A DNA stretch of 64,000 nt from Octopus sinensis (GCF_006345805.1 NC_043014.1:18724001-18788000); one strand, 5' to 3'; numbered from the stretch's first letter, positions 12,859 to 26,596 are shown. The notes: generated by a model from the letters alone, not told the origin. Program-made: numbers and translations.

Positions 12859-13101
12859 TGTTGTGGTGGGAGTACGATACCCTCTGATGAGAATAGACGT
12901 GGCCACTACATATAAATAGTAACGGTCTGACGTAGTCGGCAGTTCGTATTTCGAAGTTCAGGTGTAGTTCGAGTCAGTGTGTTGGAAATATTGGTTTTGG
13001 TACGTTATGTGTTTGTTATTGCTGCTGTTATAGCACTGTATTTTTATAAGACTGTTACAGTATATTCTTTATATATCGTCGACAATATCAACCGTACTAC
13101 A
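12859..13101 (+). mobile_element. 3' LTR of the Gypsy element
   Basis: Purine tract AAAAGAGG then TGTTGTGG...TACTACA (TG/CA ends); TATAAATA at 12911-12918; no 5' LTR found. Confidence 0.75.
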
Positions 13102-13462
13102 ATATTGGATATAACAATATACATTTAGCTTGTTGTTTAACTAAGAGATGTTCCATGTAAATTTATAATTGGAAAATAATTAATCCTAAAAATGCACTGA
13201 AAATAGACAATATTCAACATCCGAATTTTATTCAATCATTAAACATGACAATACTTGTTATAATACCTGTTAACTGTTTTGTGCTGATCAGCTTACCTCA
13301 ACTGCGCTTTAGTAAGCTATGGAAGGGCAACAAATCTTGGCATTTCAAAATGGCCTATGTAATACTCTCTCATCTTACCATTTTCATATCGTGCCTTTTC
13401 AATTACTGTGTTTGCCAGAAATTTGATAGCACTTTTACTTATATATAGCTTTTAAATATAGG

Positions 13463-13592
13463 CACCTATTTAATCCTCTTCGGAAAGTTGAAAGGCAAAG
13501 TCGACCCCCACGGAATTTGAACTCAGAACATAAAGAAAGGGGAAATGCCGCTAAGCATTTTGCTCGGCGTGCTAACGGTTCAGCCAGCTCAC
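13463..13592 (-). mobile_element. SINE family A, 5' half
   Basis: Reverse complement of GAGTTCAAATTCCG..GTCGACTTTGCCTTTCA core. Confidence 0.85.
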
Positions 13593-13769
13593 TAACTGAG
13601 CACTTGTAATTATATATAGACCGAAATAATCATGATTTTGTTGCTGATTAGAGGGTTAAAGATAAACGGGGGTGTAGCAAATATCTTCAGCAAACGACGT
13701 AGTGTGCTTTTATTTTACTATTCTTGTGCAGATTCAGCCTATGTTGTTAGTTTCCAGCTAATTGCTTTA

Positions 13770-13960
13770 TCTATTTTCAATCCAACTATTGACAAGATGA
13801 AGCAATGCTTGAAAAATTCGCCATTGTGATTCTGCATGTGATACAATCCAACTGAATGAAACCCAGTTGGCCTTTGTTCCAAGAATGTTTGGTCCAATTC
13901 TACCTCAGAACTTTGGCAGAAGAATTTGTGCAACATGCATATTCTTATCATTCAAGCTGT
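13770..13960 (-). mobile_element. Possible mariner C-terminal remnant
   Basis: FLEQRPTGFHSVGL...HNGEFF resembles mariner FF.SKP..FY..GI...NG.YF. Confidence 0.4.
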
Positions 13961-14999
13961 TATATAAACGAACGTTTTTGTCATTTTCATTGACTTTAGT
14001 AGGTTTTATCGGCATCTCGATCGATGTTTTCGTCTTTGTAAAAGGCGAGTTAGTCACAATCATTCTCAATAAATGACTTTAAGTTACATATAGTTTTGAG
14101 CTCTACATTTGATGATAAAAGTGCGCACACATTGTTATCTAACAAGCATTAAATTTTGAGGTCATTTCTGCAAGAAACTAAATGCTCTTTCCGCTGCATG
14201 ATCACACTTTACGGTTTCAGGAAAAAAAAAACAAAGCCTTCAGAATTGTACTCATGTTTGTATATTTCTTTGTTTGTTTCTTTCTTTCAATCTTTCATCG
14301 TTTGTTTTTTCTTTATTTATTTTTGCTGTAATTCTGTTGCCCGTTTAGCTTTCGGCTTCTAAATAATTTGGTTTGAATTTGCTATACAACGCTTACGAGG
14401 ATCTGTGTCATTATGACTATATAATCTCTAATTCACATATTTCCCTTCGATTCTGTATAATATACTTGAGACTTTGAGATATGTGTTCATGGTTTCAAAA
14501 GGAGAAAAATGCAGTGAATTTATGTAGCACGCTTCTGTGTTGTAGCACTGGAAAATGGTGAACACAACAATGTACTGCAACGGCGCATGCCCCCACGTTT
14601 GACCTGACTTAATTTTGTAAGCAAATATAGCTATGAAAAGAGAAAACGCCTTTAATGTTATTTCAGGTATTTTTAGTAACTTGCTATTAATTGTTTAGAA
14701 CTGTCGTTCAAAAAAAAGTGCTTGCTTGGGGATGACGTGTTAGTTACATTTAACGCTTGACCTCAGTAAGTTAAAATAAAATTACTGGTACATTGTTCTA
14801 CATCCACGGTTTTGGTAATTCATTTGTATGTCAAAGCATGGACCTTTCATGATTTCAGAAATAAACTACGCTACATTGAAAACCACTTTCTGTTTCAGAG
14901 ATTTAGATGGTGTTCTCAAAAAAAAAAAAAACACTAAAAGCTAAAACAGTATACATAAAAAGACCCGTATGTTCTGTGAATATATATATATATATATAT

Positions 15000-15094
15000 A
15001 ATTATAAATTAGGGTATCTGCGAGATACCACCATGCTGAAAATAGCAGCCATTTTCAGCATGGTGGTATCTCGTAGATACCCTAATTTATAATT
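15000..15094. repeat. Near-perfect 95-bp palindrome
   Basis: 44-bp arms with one G-T pair, 7-nt loop AGCAGCC. Confidence 0.95.
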
Positions 15095-15179
15095 TAAATT
15101 ATTATTACCTTTGAAGGTTATTCTTTCCATGCTGACCACTTGATAAAATCTTTATTTATTTTTAAATTAATCACCTTAG

Positions 15180-15182
<3 letters not shown>

Positions 15183-15259
<77 letters not shown>

Positions 15260-15279
15260 TATATATGCACATATATATA

Positions 15280-15347
<68 letters not shown>

Positions 15348-15422
15348 GTATGTATGTATGTATGTATGTATGTATGTATGTATGTGTGTATGTAAGTGTG
15401 AGAGAGAGAGAAAGAGAGAGAG
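15183..15422. repeat. (TA)n-(TATG)n-(AG)n compound microsatellite
   Basis: Visible arrays. Confidence 0.95.
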
Positions 15423-15862
15423 GATCCGTTTAGTGAATCGAAGTGGAACTGTTGGGGAGTATGCATTTCATGAGTCAAATGCTACTTTTGGCTTTCTTTT
15501 TTTGACACTGAGCATAAAATTTGACAGAAGCAAACGCAATAGCTTCAGCAGGTCATCAATAAAATCGTTTATTGGCTAATGGGATTCTAGCTACGATTTC
15601 GTGATGCTCAGGCATACTTTCATATTGTCTCTTTTCCTCATATACTTTATCAACTTTTTGGATCATGTATTTTACTACCTCTTTCTATTATAGCACAGCT
15701 TGTTATTGATAAGGCAGAAAGGTTTTCAAGCACGTCTAAAACTGGGCTATGCATAGCTACTTAAAATGTTAACAATAAAATCCTGCAAATCATACATTCT
15801 CCTGTGCAGATTCATCATCATCTTTGACCTTAATACCGAAAGATCATCCGATATATTGACAT

Positions 15863-15902
<40 letters not shown>

Positions 15903-16091
15903 ATATAAGAAAGGAATGTATTCACCATTCATACACAATTAATTCATGCGTGCATGTTTGTGCATGCATACAGAAATGCAAGTTCATATACAAGCGCATT
16001 GATATATATACATATATATATATCCGTAATATCTGCTATTTCTAAATTCGGTATGTGGTAAGGCAACTCGTTGCTAAACCCTTATTGCTTA

Positions 16092-16196
<105 letters not shown>

Positions 16197-17339
16197 AATC
16201 TGAGCGAATACTTTTTAGGCGTTTGCTAATACAAACGCATCAGGCTAACAAAAAGTGTTCAATTGGTATAGAAATCCATGTAATCCTAAGGTGAGAACCG
16301 AAGTTAGTCGACTCTGTAAATCCATAGGTGTTACCAAGTAAATATGGAATGTTTTAACTGAATGATATAAAAAAAAAAGGCAAGAATGATGGGCTTCACA
16401 CATTTATTGATTTGTACATCGTAGACTCACTGGTGTTTCTGCAATGCATTTTAGGTGTATTCATAGTTCCGTTTACTTACTAGGTCAAATGACCAATTGA
16501 AAAAAATGAACGGCTGTTAGAAATGCTATCGTCTTCGAAGTCCATGCAGCATGCGCCAATGTATAAGAAAACAAAAATAAAGTGTGTATGTATGTAAGTA
16601 AATAAAATACTACTACTGCGATCCATGTAAATGACGAGATAAAATCAGGACTCTAGGTCTAGTCATATCCTGTTCATAGAAAAGAATTCCAATGTAATCA
16701 AAATAGAAAGGGTGATTCATTTCCATTGTTGTTCATGTCATGTTTCCGCGTCATCTAAGGCTTCTAATGGAACTGATTCCAAGAAAATGCAATATAGTGT
16801 ATATCGATATCATATACAATAGGCATATGATACGAAAATGTAACATGATAGAACCAAGTAAGATTAAGCTTTTTTTTTGTCATATTTTTGGTGCGATAGC
16901 AGATTTTCATATGAGCTACACAGTGGATAGTAGAGATTGACTTTATAATCATGAAGAGGTGAGATCAATATACGCATAATCGGGAGAGCAATGTCTAGTG
17001 GTGTGCAATAGTTCTATTATAAAAGGCCTAAGTTCCTTTTAACGCATCTTGGCCCGTGACTTCATTTCGACAGGAGTTATGGTTATAAAGGAGCAGTCTT
17101 TCGGAATGCAAAACCAATGATTTGTTTCTGTACAGGAAGATAGGGAACATTCTGTTACAGATACATGGTCAACGGAGGAATGATGTAGTCTCATAAATAT
17201 GAAGGGATGTATGTACGTACGTACGTATGTATATATGTGTGTATGTGTGTATGCATGTATGTATGTGCATGTATGCTTGTTTGTATTTACCAATTAACGT
17301 ATCTATGCATGTATAGATTTATGTAAGCATGTGTGAGTG

Positions 17340-17397
<58 letters not shown>

Positions 17398-17421
17398 ATA
17401 TATGCATATATATATATATAC

Positions 17422-17607
17422 TTTTACTTGTTTCAGTCATTTGACTGCTGCCATACTGGAGCAACGCATTTAGTCGAAAAACTCTACCTCAAAGCTCATT
17501 TAGTACTTATTCTATCGGTCTCTGATGCCGAACCGCTGAGTTACGGGGACGTAAACACACCTATATCGGTCGTCAAGCGATGGTTGATGGAGGGAAACAC
17601 AGACACA
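17422..17607 (-). mobile_element. SINE family B, 3' half
   Basis: Matches the 3' half of the 53820-54146 copy. Confidence 0.8.
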
Positions 17608-17749
17608 CAAATATATATATATATTTATATATGCATGTATATATACATGTAGATGTCGGTACGTACATATATGTTTGTATGTATGCATATATTTTATTTA
17701 TTACACTATATATATATATACATGTAAATGTAAAAAAAATACAAACTAG

Positions 17750-17990
17750 GACAAGAATGTGAAACATTTAGAAGACGATACAAAAAACACGGATGGGACA
17801 TTCGAAGCCTTCAATCTTCAGTCAAGAACCGGATCATCTTCGCAATTTCGGCTGATTAATCTTGAGATTGCTCCGATCTGGCCAGCCCCAAAGGAAAATC
17901 TAAGCCAAGCGCATTAGATTCCTTGGAAGAAAGCCTCGAATGTATACAAAACAAAGACGGAAAAACGGACGATGTTACACGAGTAAAAAT
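17750..17990 (-). mobile_element. Interspersed repeat E (unclassified, possibly Penelope LTR-like)
   Basis: Homologous to 33290-33600 (TTGAGATTGCTC..ATCTGGCCAGC...GATTCCTTGGAAGAAAGC). Confidence 0.6.
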
Positions 17991-18339
17991 ACAAAAATAC
18001 GTAAAAACAATAATAATAACTACAAAAACAGGACGTCACAGACAAGCGTCTTTTCGACAGGACGAGTAAATTTTTGAGCTGGCGTTAGAAAAAAGCCTTA
18101 GGGCTAGAGAGAGACAACAAAGTGTGTCTTGCCACAACGGCTGCTGTCCGCGAAGAGGCCAGCAATCAATGGCTAGTCACGTGAGGGAAAGAGAGAGGAA
18201 AAGAGGGACAGGTGAAGAGAGAAAGAAGGGGAACAAGGAACAAAGGAGGAGGAGAAGTGAGAGAGAGAGAGAGAGAGAGAAAGAGACAGAACAAGTGGAG
18301 TGCAAAGTGTGAAAGGCAGAGAAATGTAGGAGAGGGGGG

Positions 18340-18383
<44 letters not shown>

Positions 18384-18429
18384 TTGTATATATATGTGTA
18401 TATATGTGTGTGTGTATATATACATAAAT

Positions 18430-18474
<45 letters not shown>

Positions 18475-19424
18475 CGACGGACTTCTTTCAGTTTCCCTCT
18501 ACCAAATTCAGATCACAAATTTGTGGTCTGTGTAGTTGACAAATTCAAATTGTGGTACACCCTATGTTTTCCTATCTGATCGCCTACAAAATACCCTATC
18601 TACATGATTTGGTTAACAAATATCAGCCCCCTGCCCCAGAAGGGCAGCTGACTTGCAAAACGATTTAACCAACGAAATACAGTATAGAACCTTTTAAACA
18701 AGTGAATTAATTATAAACTTACAGCGCTCCAAAAACACACCTCCAGCAATGGCGACAAAATAATAATCATGGCTCAGATTTTGGCATACGGTCAACATTT
18801 TTTTTTCGAGCAGGTGGGAGACGATGTAATCGACTTCAGTTCTTCAGCTCTTCCTGAAGGGAAGAAAGACATATTTGATCTTGGTGCAATTTGTACTCGT
18901 AATGTACAAGAGAGTGAAAAGTAATGTATTTTGTCTGGCACAGAAATTAAAAGTTGTTGGTTTTCATGAATATAGCACTAATCAATTTGACAGTTACACT
19001 TCTACTCATTGTGTATTACATCTTAATTAAATATTTCGGTTTTGTGTTGGGGTTACAAGATTTTTGATGTCATCTCACGTGTTAAAACATACTTTGTTGA
19101 ATCTCGGGAAGGTTATTATGTCTATAATAAACACACGCAGTAATTTACACACACCTAAAGTAGACCTTGAGTTGGCAGGTCTCGAATGGCCACGAAATAA
19201 CTTCGATAAACCTGGCTGGTTGACTTATTGATCGAACGAATAATCACACAATCAATTAGCTAGTTGGTTAATTGATTAACCAATTTACTTATAAAATAAA
19301 AGAAGTGAAATAGAACCAGTGCATGTGTATTTATTGTTCGCATAATGGCCGCTCGACATACAACAAATTCTGAAATAGTGATGTTTTCTCCTGTTTCCTT
19401 TCCTTGTGGAAAATCATGTAGTTT

Positions 19425-19457
<33 letters not shown>

Positions 19458-19598
19458 CTTCTTCTTCTTCTTCTTCTTCTTCTCTCTTCTTCTTCTTCTT
19501 CTTCTTCTTCTCTTCTCTTCTTCTTCTTCTTCTTCTTCTTCTTCTTCTTCTTCTTCTTCTTCTTCTTCTTCTTCTTCTTCTTCTTCTTCTTCTTCTTC
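19425..19598. repeat. (CTT)n microsatellite
   Basis: ~170-bp CTT run with few interruptions. Confidence 0.97.
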
Positions 19599-19908
19599 TC
19601 TCTCTCTTTCTGTCATGTGCCTTATGTCACTCTCTACCTTTCTCTCGTTTAAAGACTCTCTTTTTCTTTCCCTTTCCTCGTCTCTTTTCCTATGTCCTTT
19701 CACATTTCCATCACTTATTGTTACAAATTCTCTCTCTTCCTCTCTTTATCTCCACCTCTGTTCACTTATTCACACATTGACGCTCTCTTATTAATCCACT
19801 TACCTTCCTCGCCGGTCTTTCTCTCTTTGCTCATATTTATTCTTTCATTTCTTCTACTCGTTCTTTCATTTATTCTTTCTCCAACTCTCCTTTAACTATT
19901 CTCATCTT

Positions 19909-20064
19909 CAGTGGCGTAGATAGAGTGTATAATGCCCGGGGCAGCCGTTCAGTTTGCCGCCCCACGTCGACCCACACAAGCTTATACAATCTTAAACTGC
20001 AGATCCAAAAGAGCTTGCCCAATTGTAACGTCGCCCGGAGTGGGCCCCCTCTAACTACACTACT
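19909..20064. mobile_element. Small MITE-like element
   Basis: GC-rich island with imperfect TIR CAGTGGCGTAG...CTACACTACT. Confidence 0.45.
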
Positions 20065-20450
20065 CCCTCCATCTCTCACACACCACTCATCAATCACTCT
20101 CTTGCGTCTACTTTAGTCATTTCTACGTCTCATCATTTTTCAATTTTATTCTTTCTGTATCGTCTTCGCTCTTCTCTCTTTCCTTTCTTTCATCATGGAT
20201 TGGCCGCATCATTAGATCGTCGGGAAAAAAATGGCTTGTTATTTTTTCCGAGTCTTCACATTCTGAGTTCACAACCGGTTGATGTATCTTTGCAGTCGAT
20301 AAAATGACGTAGCAGCCAAATACTATAATGAAGTACTGTGACCTAGAAATTTGTTAGGGTGATGCAATCTCGATCACGATATCATGGTTTCGCTTCCCTG
20401 GCGTTGCGATCTGAGATAAAACAGTTCACTTTTTAATTCTTTTTATACGC

Positions 20451-20533
<83 letters not shown>

Positions 20534-21002
20534 TAATAATAAGAGTTTTTTGCAGCAAGTTGCTTAAACTACATACCGAAAATATAAGAAATAGCAGTCA
20601 AAGGGCTACTATTTCTTTTACTACAAAAATAAGTCTCCACAAACAACAGTATTTATAACTCACATATGGTAAAAGAAGAAGAAAAACAACGAAACCACAA
20701 AGTCTCCGGATTAATTATGAACGTACGTTTCTGGATTAGAATCCTAAAGTTCATTTCCTTATCAACATAATATTTTCCATAAATCTAGAAATGCTAGGAA
20801 AAACTTACCTTTTATATTTCCGACCAAAATTATATAATTTTTACTGAATATGGTCTTTTTCCATACCAAAATACTACTAGGTGAAATTTATTGATTTTAT
20901 TAAATTAATTATATTTCACCCTTTATCTGTATATTTATATATATATATATATAAATGATAAGGGTAGAATTTGATATTAATCAATTGAAACCAGTGGCTT
21001 AG

Positions 21003-21037
<35 letters not shown>

Positions 21038-21060
21038 TATTATATATATATATATATATA

Positions 21061-21954
21061 CTAGCAGTATCGCCCGGCGTTGCTCGGGTTTGTTTCGACC
21101 CGCTGGAATTGTAATTTTGAAAAGTAAAAATTTTGTGAACATTTTACTGGTCGAAATACACCGAAAAGTGGCGACACGGCAGTGAAAAAATCGTAAAAAA
21201 TAGGGATTTTCATAAAAAAAAGCATCTTTTTGATGTAAATAATTTTTGGTGTTAACATGGTCCGATTTGAATTTAATGTTCTACGGAAGGAAGAGCAACC
21301 CTTCTTCTACCATACTCTCAAGTTTGGTCAACTTGCGCCGCAGGGTCTCGGAGGAGATAGTGTTAGTTGAAGGTTACCATTCTAGGTGCCTGAGTAACAA
21401 CCTCACGGATTTACAGATAAATGAATTAATTACTATTTACAGAATAAAATTAAATAATTCTTGAAAATTAATTAATATTAATATTTTTTGAACAAAGTAA
21501 ATAATTTTTAAAACTTAAATAATAATTCTTTTTACACAAACGCGAACGGGGAAAAGGGGGTGGCGAATTCGATATACATACCTAAATTTTTTCTTTTTCA
21601 TGACATTGTAGCAAAATAGTAGTGAATTATATAAATACCAGCAGTACATTTTTTTTTCTGGGGTATTTTTTTTCAACCTCGTCACATATTTGCCCCTTTC
21701 AATTTAAACATGTGTGTGTGTGTGCGTGCTTTAGGTGTACATAGGTATGTGTTTTTGTGTGTGTGTGTGTCACTGAAGCCATACATACATATATACATAC
21801 ATAACCTCTCTCTCTCTTTTCTCTCTCAGTCACTCACTACAAAAAGTGAATAAAAAAGTTCAGTTATTTCTGTCTTTCACTCTGTCTGTCTCTTTACACA
21901 CACTAACAAAAGCACTTCACTTACACACCACACTTTCTGTGTCGCACAACCCAT

Positions 21955-21999
<45 letters not shown>

Positions 22000-22547
22000 G
22001 CACGCACACATGTACATCAATGCTTTCGGAGTGAAATGTTAAAATATTGAGTTTTCTCGAATTTTGTCTTAATTGGGGGTGAAATTGAAAGAAATATATT
22101 ATGGCATGACCGAATGGAGTACTTTGAAAAATCTTAGGTAAACTCTAATTGAAGAAATTGTGTGAGGAGTAAATCGTTATGTATTTATTTGTTTCTGTTT
22201 GCTGTGTTTTTTTTATTTTTTGAGTAGTGGTTTAAATACTTTCAGTTTAGTCTTCCTCAAATCACTCTGTCGCTATTTACTTTCATTTTATTCGTTGCAC
22301 ACTGTGTGTGTGCGTGTGCGTGTGGTGTAAACCACATTAAGAAAAGCATTTGACATACACACCAGAATGTGAGTTTTCTGTAAATTTTGCTTAATTGGAG
22401 TTTAAATTTTAAAAACTGGACCTGGCATGACCCGATGCATTCTACTCTTAAAAATGCTAGGTAAATTGTAATTGAAGAAATCGTATATTGTAGATTTCTA
22501 TAAGTTACAAAGGGAGGCAGATAAAATCTGCCTTTTATAATAAGAGA
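21061..22547 (-). mobile_element. Composite non-autonomous Helitron
   Basis: Minus strand A|TCTCTTATTATAAAAGGCAG at 22547; CCCGAGCAACGCCGGG hairpin and CTAG|T at 21061; older diverged 5'-module copy at ~22030-22200. Confidence 0.75.
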
Positions 22548-22739
22548 TATGTGTGTGTGTGTGTTTGTGTGTAGATAGATAGATAGGCAGATAGATAGAT
22601 AGATAGATTGATGACAATAGACGCTATAAGCCACCGTTGAAACTCTGCGTCCTGTTATGACAACTTACTGATTGTCCTAAACTATACATATATAATTACT
22701 CTGTTTACCTGATATCGAGGTCTCATTCTTTTATTGGCA

Positions 22740-22795
<56 letters not shown>

Positions 22796-22884
22796 TATTC
22801 CCTTTTATATTACCTTTATATTTTTATATTTCTATTTAGCGTATATATAACACCCTTTATATTTCCTTCGGATTTTCAGGGAGA

Positions 22885-23045
22885 GGTAGAATCACTGGTG
22901 GGTGGGGCTAGTCGCACTCCCTAGGTGTAGCTTGTCCACCTTAGTACCCGCGTTGCACCCAGCTCTCACCTGCGGGTCCATGTAGCTGTAGCATACACAG
23001 TGGTCACTCCTGGTAAACTGCTTCAACTGCCAAGCTAAACCATTC
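22885..23045 (+). mobile_element. RTE (BovB-like) 5' UTR remnant
   Basis: TTGCACCCAGCTCTCACCTG..GTAGCTG..AGCAT..GCTAAAC resembles recalled RTE 5' UTRs. Confidence 0.45.
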
Positions 23046-23210
23046 CACGCATCTCCAGTCCTGAAAACTGTAAATAAGTAAGCCTATAACAGACGGGCGG
23101 CCCTTTCAGGAACTCTGTTGGGATCTTGTTCACCATGGAAACTAGCAAATCGGCCCTATGAGTCATAAAAATGAGGCAGTATTCACTACAAATATTGGCG
23201 TCTATAGTTA

Positions 23211-23435
23211 TTTCTTTACTACCCACAAATGGCTAAACACAGAGGGGACAAACAAGGACAGACAAACGGATTAAGTCGATTACATCGACCCCAGTGCGTA
23301 ACTGGTACTTAATTTATCGACCCCGAAAGGATGAAAGGTAAAGTCGACCCCGGCGGAATTTGAACTCAGAACGTAATGCCAGACGAAATGCGGCTACACA
23401 TTTCGCCCGGTGTTCTAACGTTTCTGCCAGCTCGC
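23211..23435 (-). mobile_element. SINE family A, near full length (tail type 1)
   Basis: tRNA-like head with box B GTTCAAATTCC, conserved middle, GTCGATGTAATCGAC hairpin, TTTAGCC..TGTGGGTAGTAAAGAAA tail. Confidence 0.9.
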
Positions 23436-25068
23436 AGTATCGACTAACCTTACTCTCAAAATTGCTCACCTTGTACTTAAATCAGAAAACACAATTTTCT
23501 TTCAGTTTGTCCCTTTTTCTTTTCTCTGCTTCCACTATGATTTGACATCATCGTCATAGCGTTGGTAAAAAAAAAAACCCTTAGTTTGCGGTATTTTATC
23601 CGGTTCGCTACATTCTTAGTTCAAATCGCTCACAAGTAAACTTTGTTCTTTATACCTTTGAAGACGATAAGATAAAATACCAATATAGAGGATAGATATA
23701 ATCATCTTTCCTCCTTTTCTTAAAATTAAAAAGAATATATTTTTGCTTTTACTTGCTTATATCACTCTCGCTTTCACATCTCTCCCTTTCTCATTCTCTC
23801 TCTCTCTCTTCCTCTCTCTTTAATCTCTAGTTTTCTCTTTAACACTTCTCTCTATCTCTTCCCCCTTCTCTCTCTTTATCTCTCTCACATCTTTTTTCCT
23901 ATTCATTCTTACTATTTTAATTTTATATCGCTAATTTATTTATCACCCCCCACACACATTGTTCTCATTTCTATTATCACCTCCCACCTTCTCTATCCCT
24001 CTATCCGTTTTTACTTTCTCACCTTTCCCACTTCCTCTCTCCCTCATTCCCCCTTTCTCTTTCTCTTTACCTCTTCATCTCTCCTTTCCCTCTCTCAATA
24101 TTTTGTTTCTCAGTGTCTATCACATTCCACTCTATCACTCACTCTATACTATCTTAAATGTATTCCACTCTCTCCTCCATACTCTCCTCTGTATACCTTT
24201 GTACTCTCCTCTGCCCTCTACTCTGTCTGTGTTTAACTTCTCCCCCAACCCACCCCGACCAACTCCTCTTATGCACGCTAATCAACCTTTATTCAAATTC
24301 ACTTTGTTTTACTATTCCTATTAAGAAATACACCCCCACTCCCAACCACACCTTGGCTGCCCCACCTGTTTTAATTGTAATTATGAACCCCTCCCCTCCA
24401 CATATACCGCACATCACGTTACACCGATACACAAATGCATACACACATACATACATATACATGCATGCAAACATTCATACATCCTTCCATACATACGTGA
24501 GTTCTATCATACAGATGCATACATATATATACGCGCTAACTTATATGCACACGTACTTTTTCCAAACAACGGATCACACGCACTCACCAAAGAACACATG
24601 CACAACCACACACAAACATACACATACATACACACACATACATATCCACGCACACATATCTTATATACACACTGATAAACTCTATAATACACAAAGCAAT
24701 ACAATTACATATGTATGCACAAATTTGCTCTTACTCGTCTAAACACCTACCCACGTACATATACATACACCATTAGCATACATCACATATATACACACAA
24801 ACACTTACACGCACTGATGTTGAACTACATGCACACGCTATATACACCCTATAAAATTATACATCTCACATTCACAAACGCACACAGGTACCTACTCCTA
24901 CATATTTCTTACACATATTTCTATTTCACTCTAACACATACACACACATACACATATATATACATATATACACACATATTTACATATGTATGTAAACGTA
25001 TATACGTATATATTTATCTATGCATTTATCTATCTATCTATCAGTCTGTTATATATATATATATTACG

Positions 25069-25190
25069 AAGATGTACCTGCATAGCAAGTGATTTGAACT
25101 GAGTTCGTGTGCTGAAACGAAAACAATTGCAGCGTGGAAGGTGTTTGTAAGCAATTTAAGAAAAACACAAAAGCCGTTCGATTCACTTCG
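25069..25190 (+). mobile_element. Fragment of repeat D (the palindrome-forming family)
   Basis: GATGTAC..GCATAGCAAGTGA..TTGCAGCGTGGAAGGTGTTTGTAAG matches the 39451-39770 family. Confidence 0.75.
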
Positions 25191-25304
25191 ATTGTATGTA
25201 TGTATGGATGGATGTATGTATATATGTACATCTGTCAACTTCTTGCCATATTTTTATCCTTCACTTCCTACACACACACACACACACACACGCACACTCA
25301 CACA

Positions 25305-25355
<51 letters not shown>

Positions 25356-25738
25356 CTTTCTTAGCTTACAATTTCTTTCTTTCAACAATTGACAACTGAA
25401 GTACGCTCGCAAATTAATACTACGAAAACTTAGCGACAGAAAGTAAATTAAAAACCAATTTACCTTTTCTGTTGAGTTATCATGGCAATTCGACCGTCTG
25501 ATTTCCTTAAATCCGTCTCTTTTCTTCAAGTGAACTTAGTTCCTATTGTTTCTTAAAGTCCTTTGTGAAATCTATGAGTGTTTTTTTTGTTATTTTTCGA
25601 GAAAGTTTTGTTACCTGGACACTAAAAACTAACGGGAAGTAGACAACTGTCCCAGTACAATTGGTGTAATAGTGTAACTCATAATGTTAGCGGCTAGCAT
25701 CTACTCACCATATGTCAGTGAATTGTTGGTGTTTGTAT

Positions 25739-25995
25739 AATCGACTTAATCCTTTTGTCTGTCCTTGTTTGTCCTCTCTGTGTTTAGCCCCTTGTGGGTA
25801 GTAAAGAAATAGGTATTTCGTCTGCCGTTACGTTCTGAGTTCAAATTCCGCCGAGGTCGACTTTGCCTTTCATCCTTTCGGGGGCGATAAATAAAGTACC
25901 AGTTACGCACTGAGGTCGATGTAATCGACTTAATCCCTTTGCCAGTCCTTGTTTGTCCCCTCTATGTTTAGCCCCTTGTGGGCAATAAAGAAATA
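25739..25995 (+). mobile_element. SINE family A head-to-tail multimer fragment
   Basis: Tail joined to an internal head position at GTAAAGAAATAG|GTATTTCG (25812/25813). Confidence 0.9.
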
Positions 25996-26596
25996 TATAT
26001 ATTCTCACTCACAAACCTAGTGATACCTACACATCCACATGTCACATTAGAACCATCAGCAGAAACATACAGGTAAGCACAGACACGTTGAAGTATATGT
26101 ACACATACGCGTACAGACACCTATACACACGCTTACATGCACACACACACATACACACACACTCACAAACTTACATACACATCTACACCCATTTAACCAT
26201 AAATTCATACTTAAATGCGCTTATGTATATACTTACATACAGGTGTACGCACACTAATGCATCTACACGCAAATACACATGCACCCACACTTACGGATAA
26301 ACATATATTTACACACACATAAACTCACATCTACAAACACAAACACACGTACACTTACATACAAATTTTCCAATATGCAAGCACTTACTCATATACACAC
26401 TCTAACACACACAGATCCACATACTTACATACACATACACACATTTACATACACATACACACACTTAGATGCGCATAACAAACACGCGTATACGCACGCT
26501 TAGATACACAAAAACACACATGCGTATACACTCATATGCATATACATGCTCTTACAAATATACACACTCTTACCTACACATACACACACTCACACC

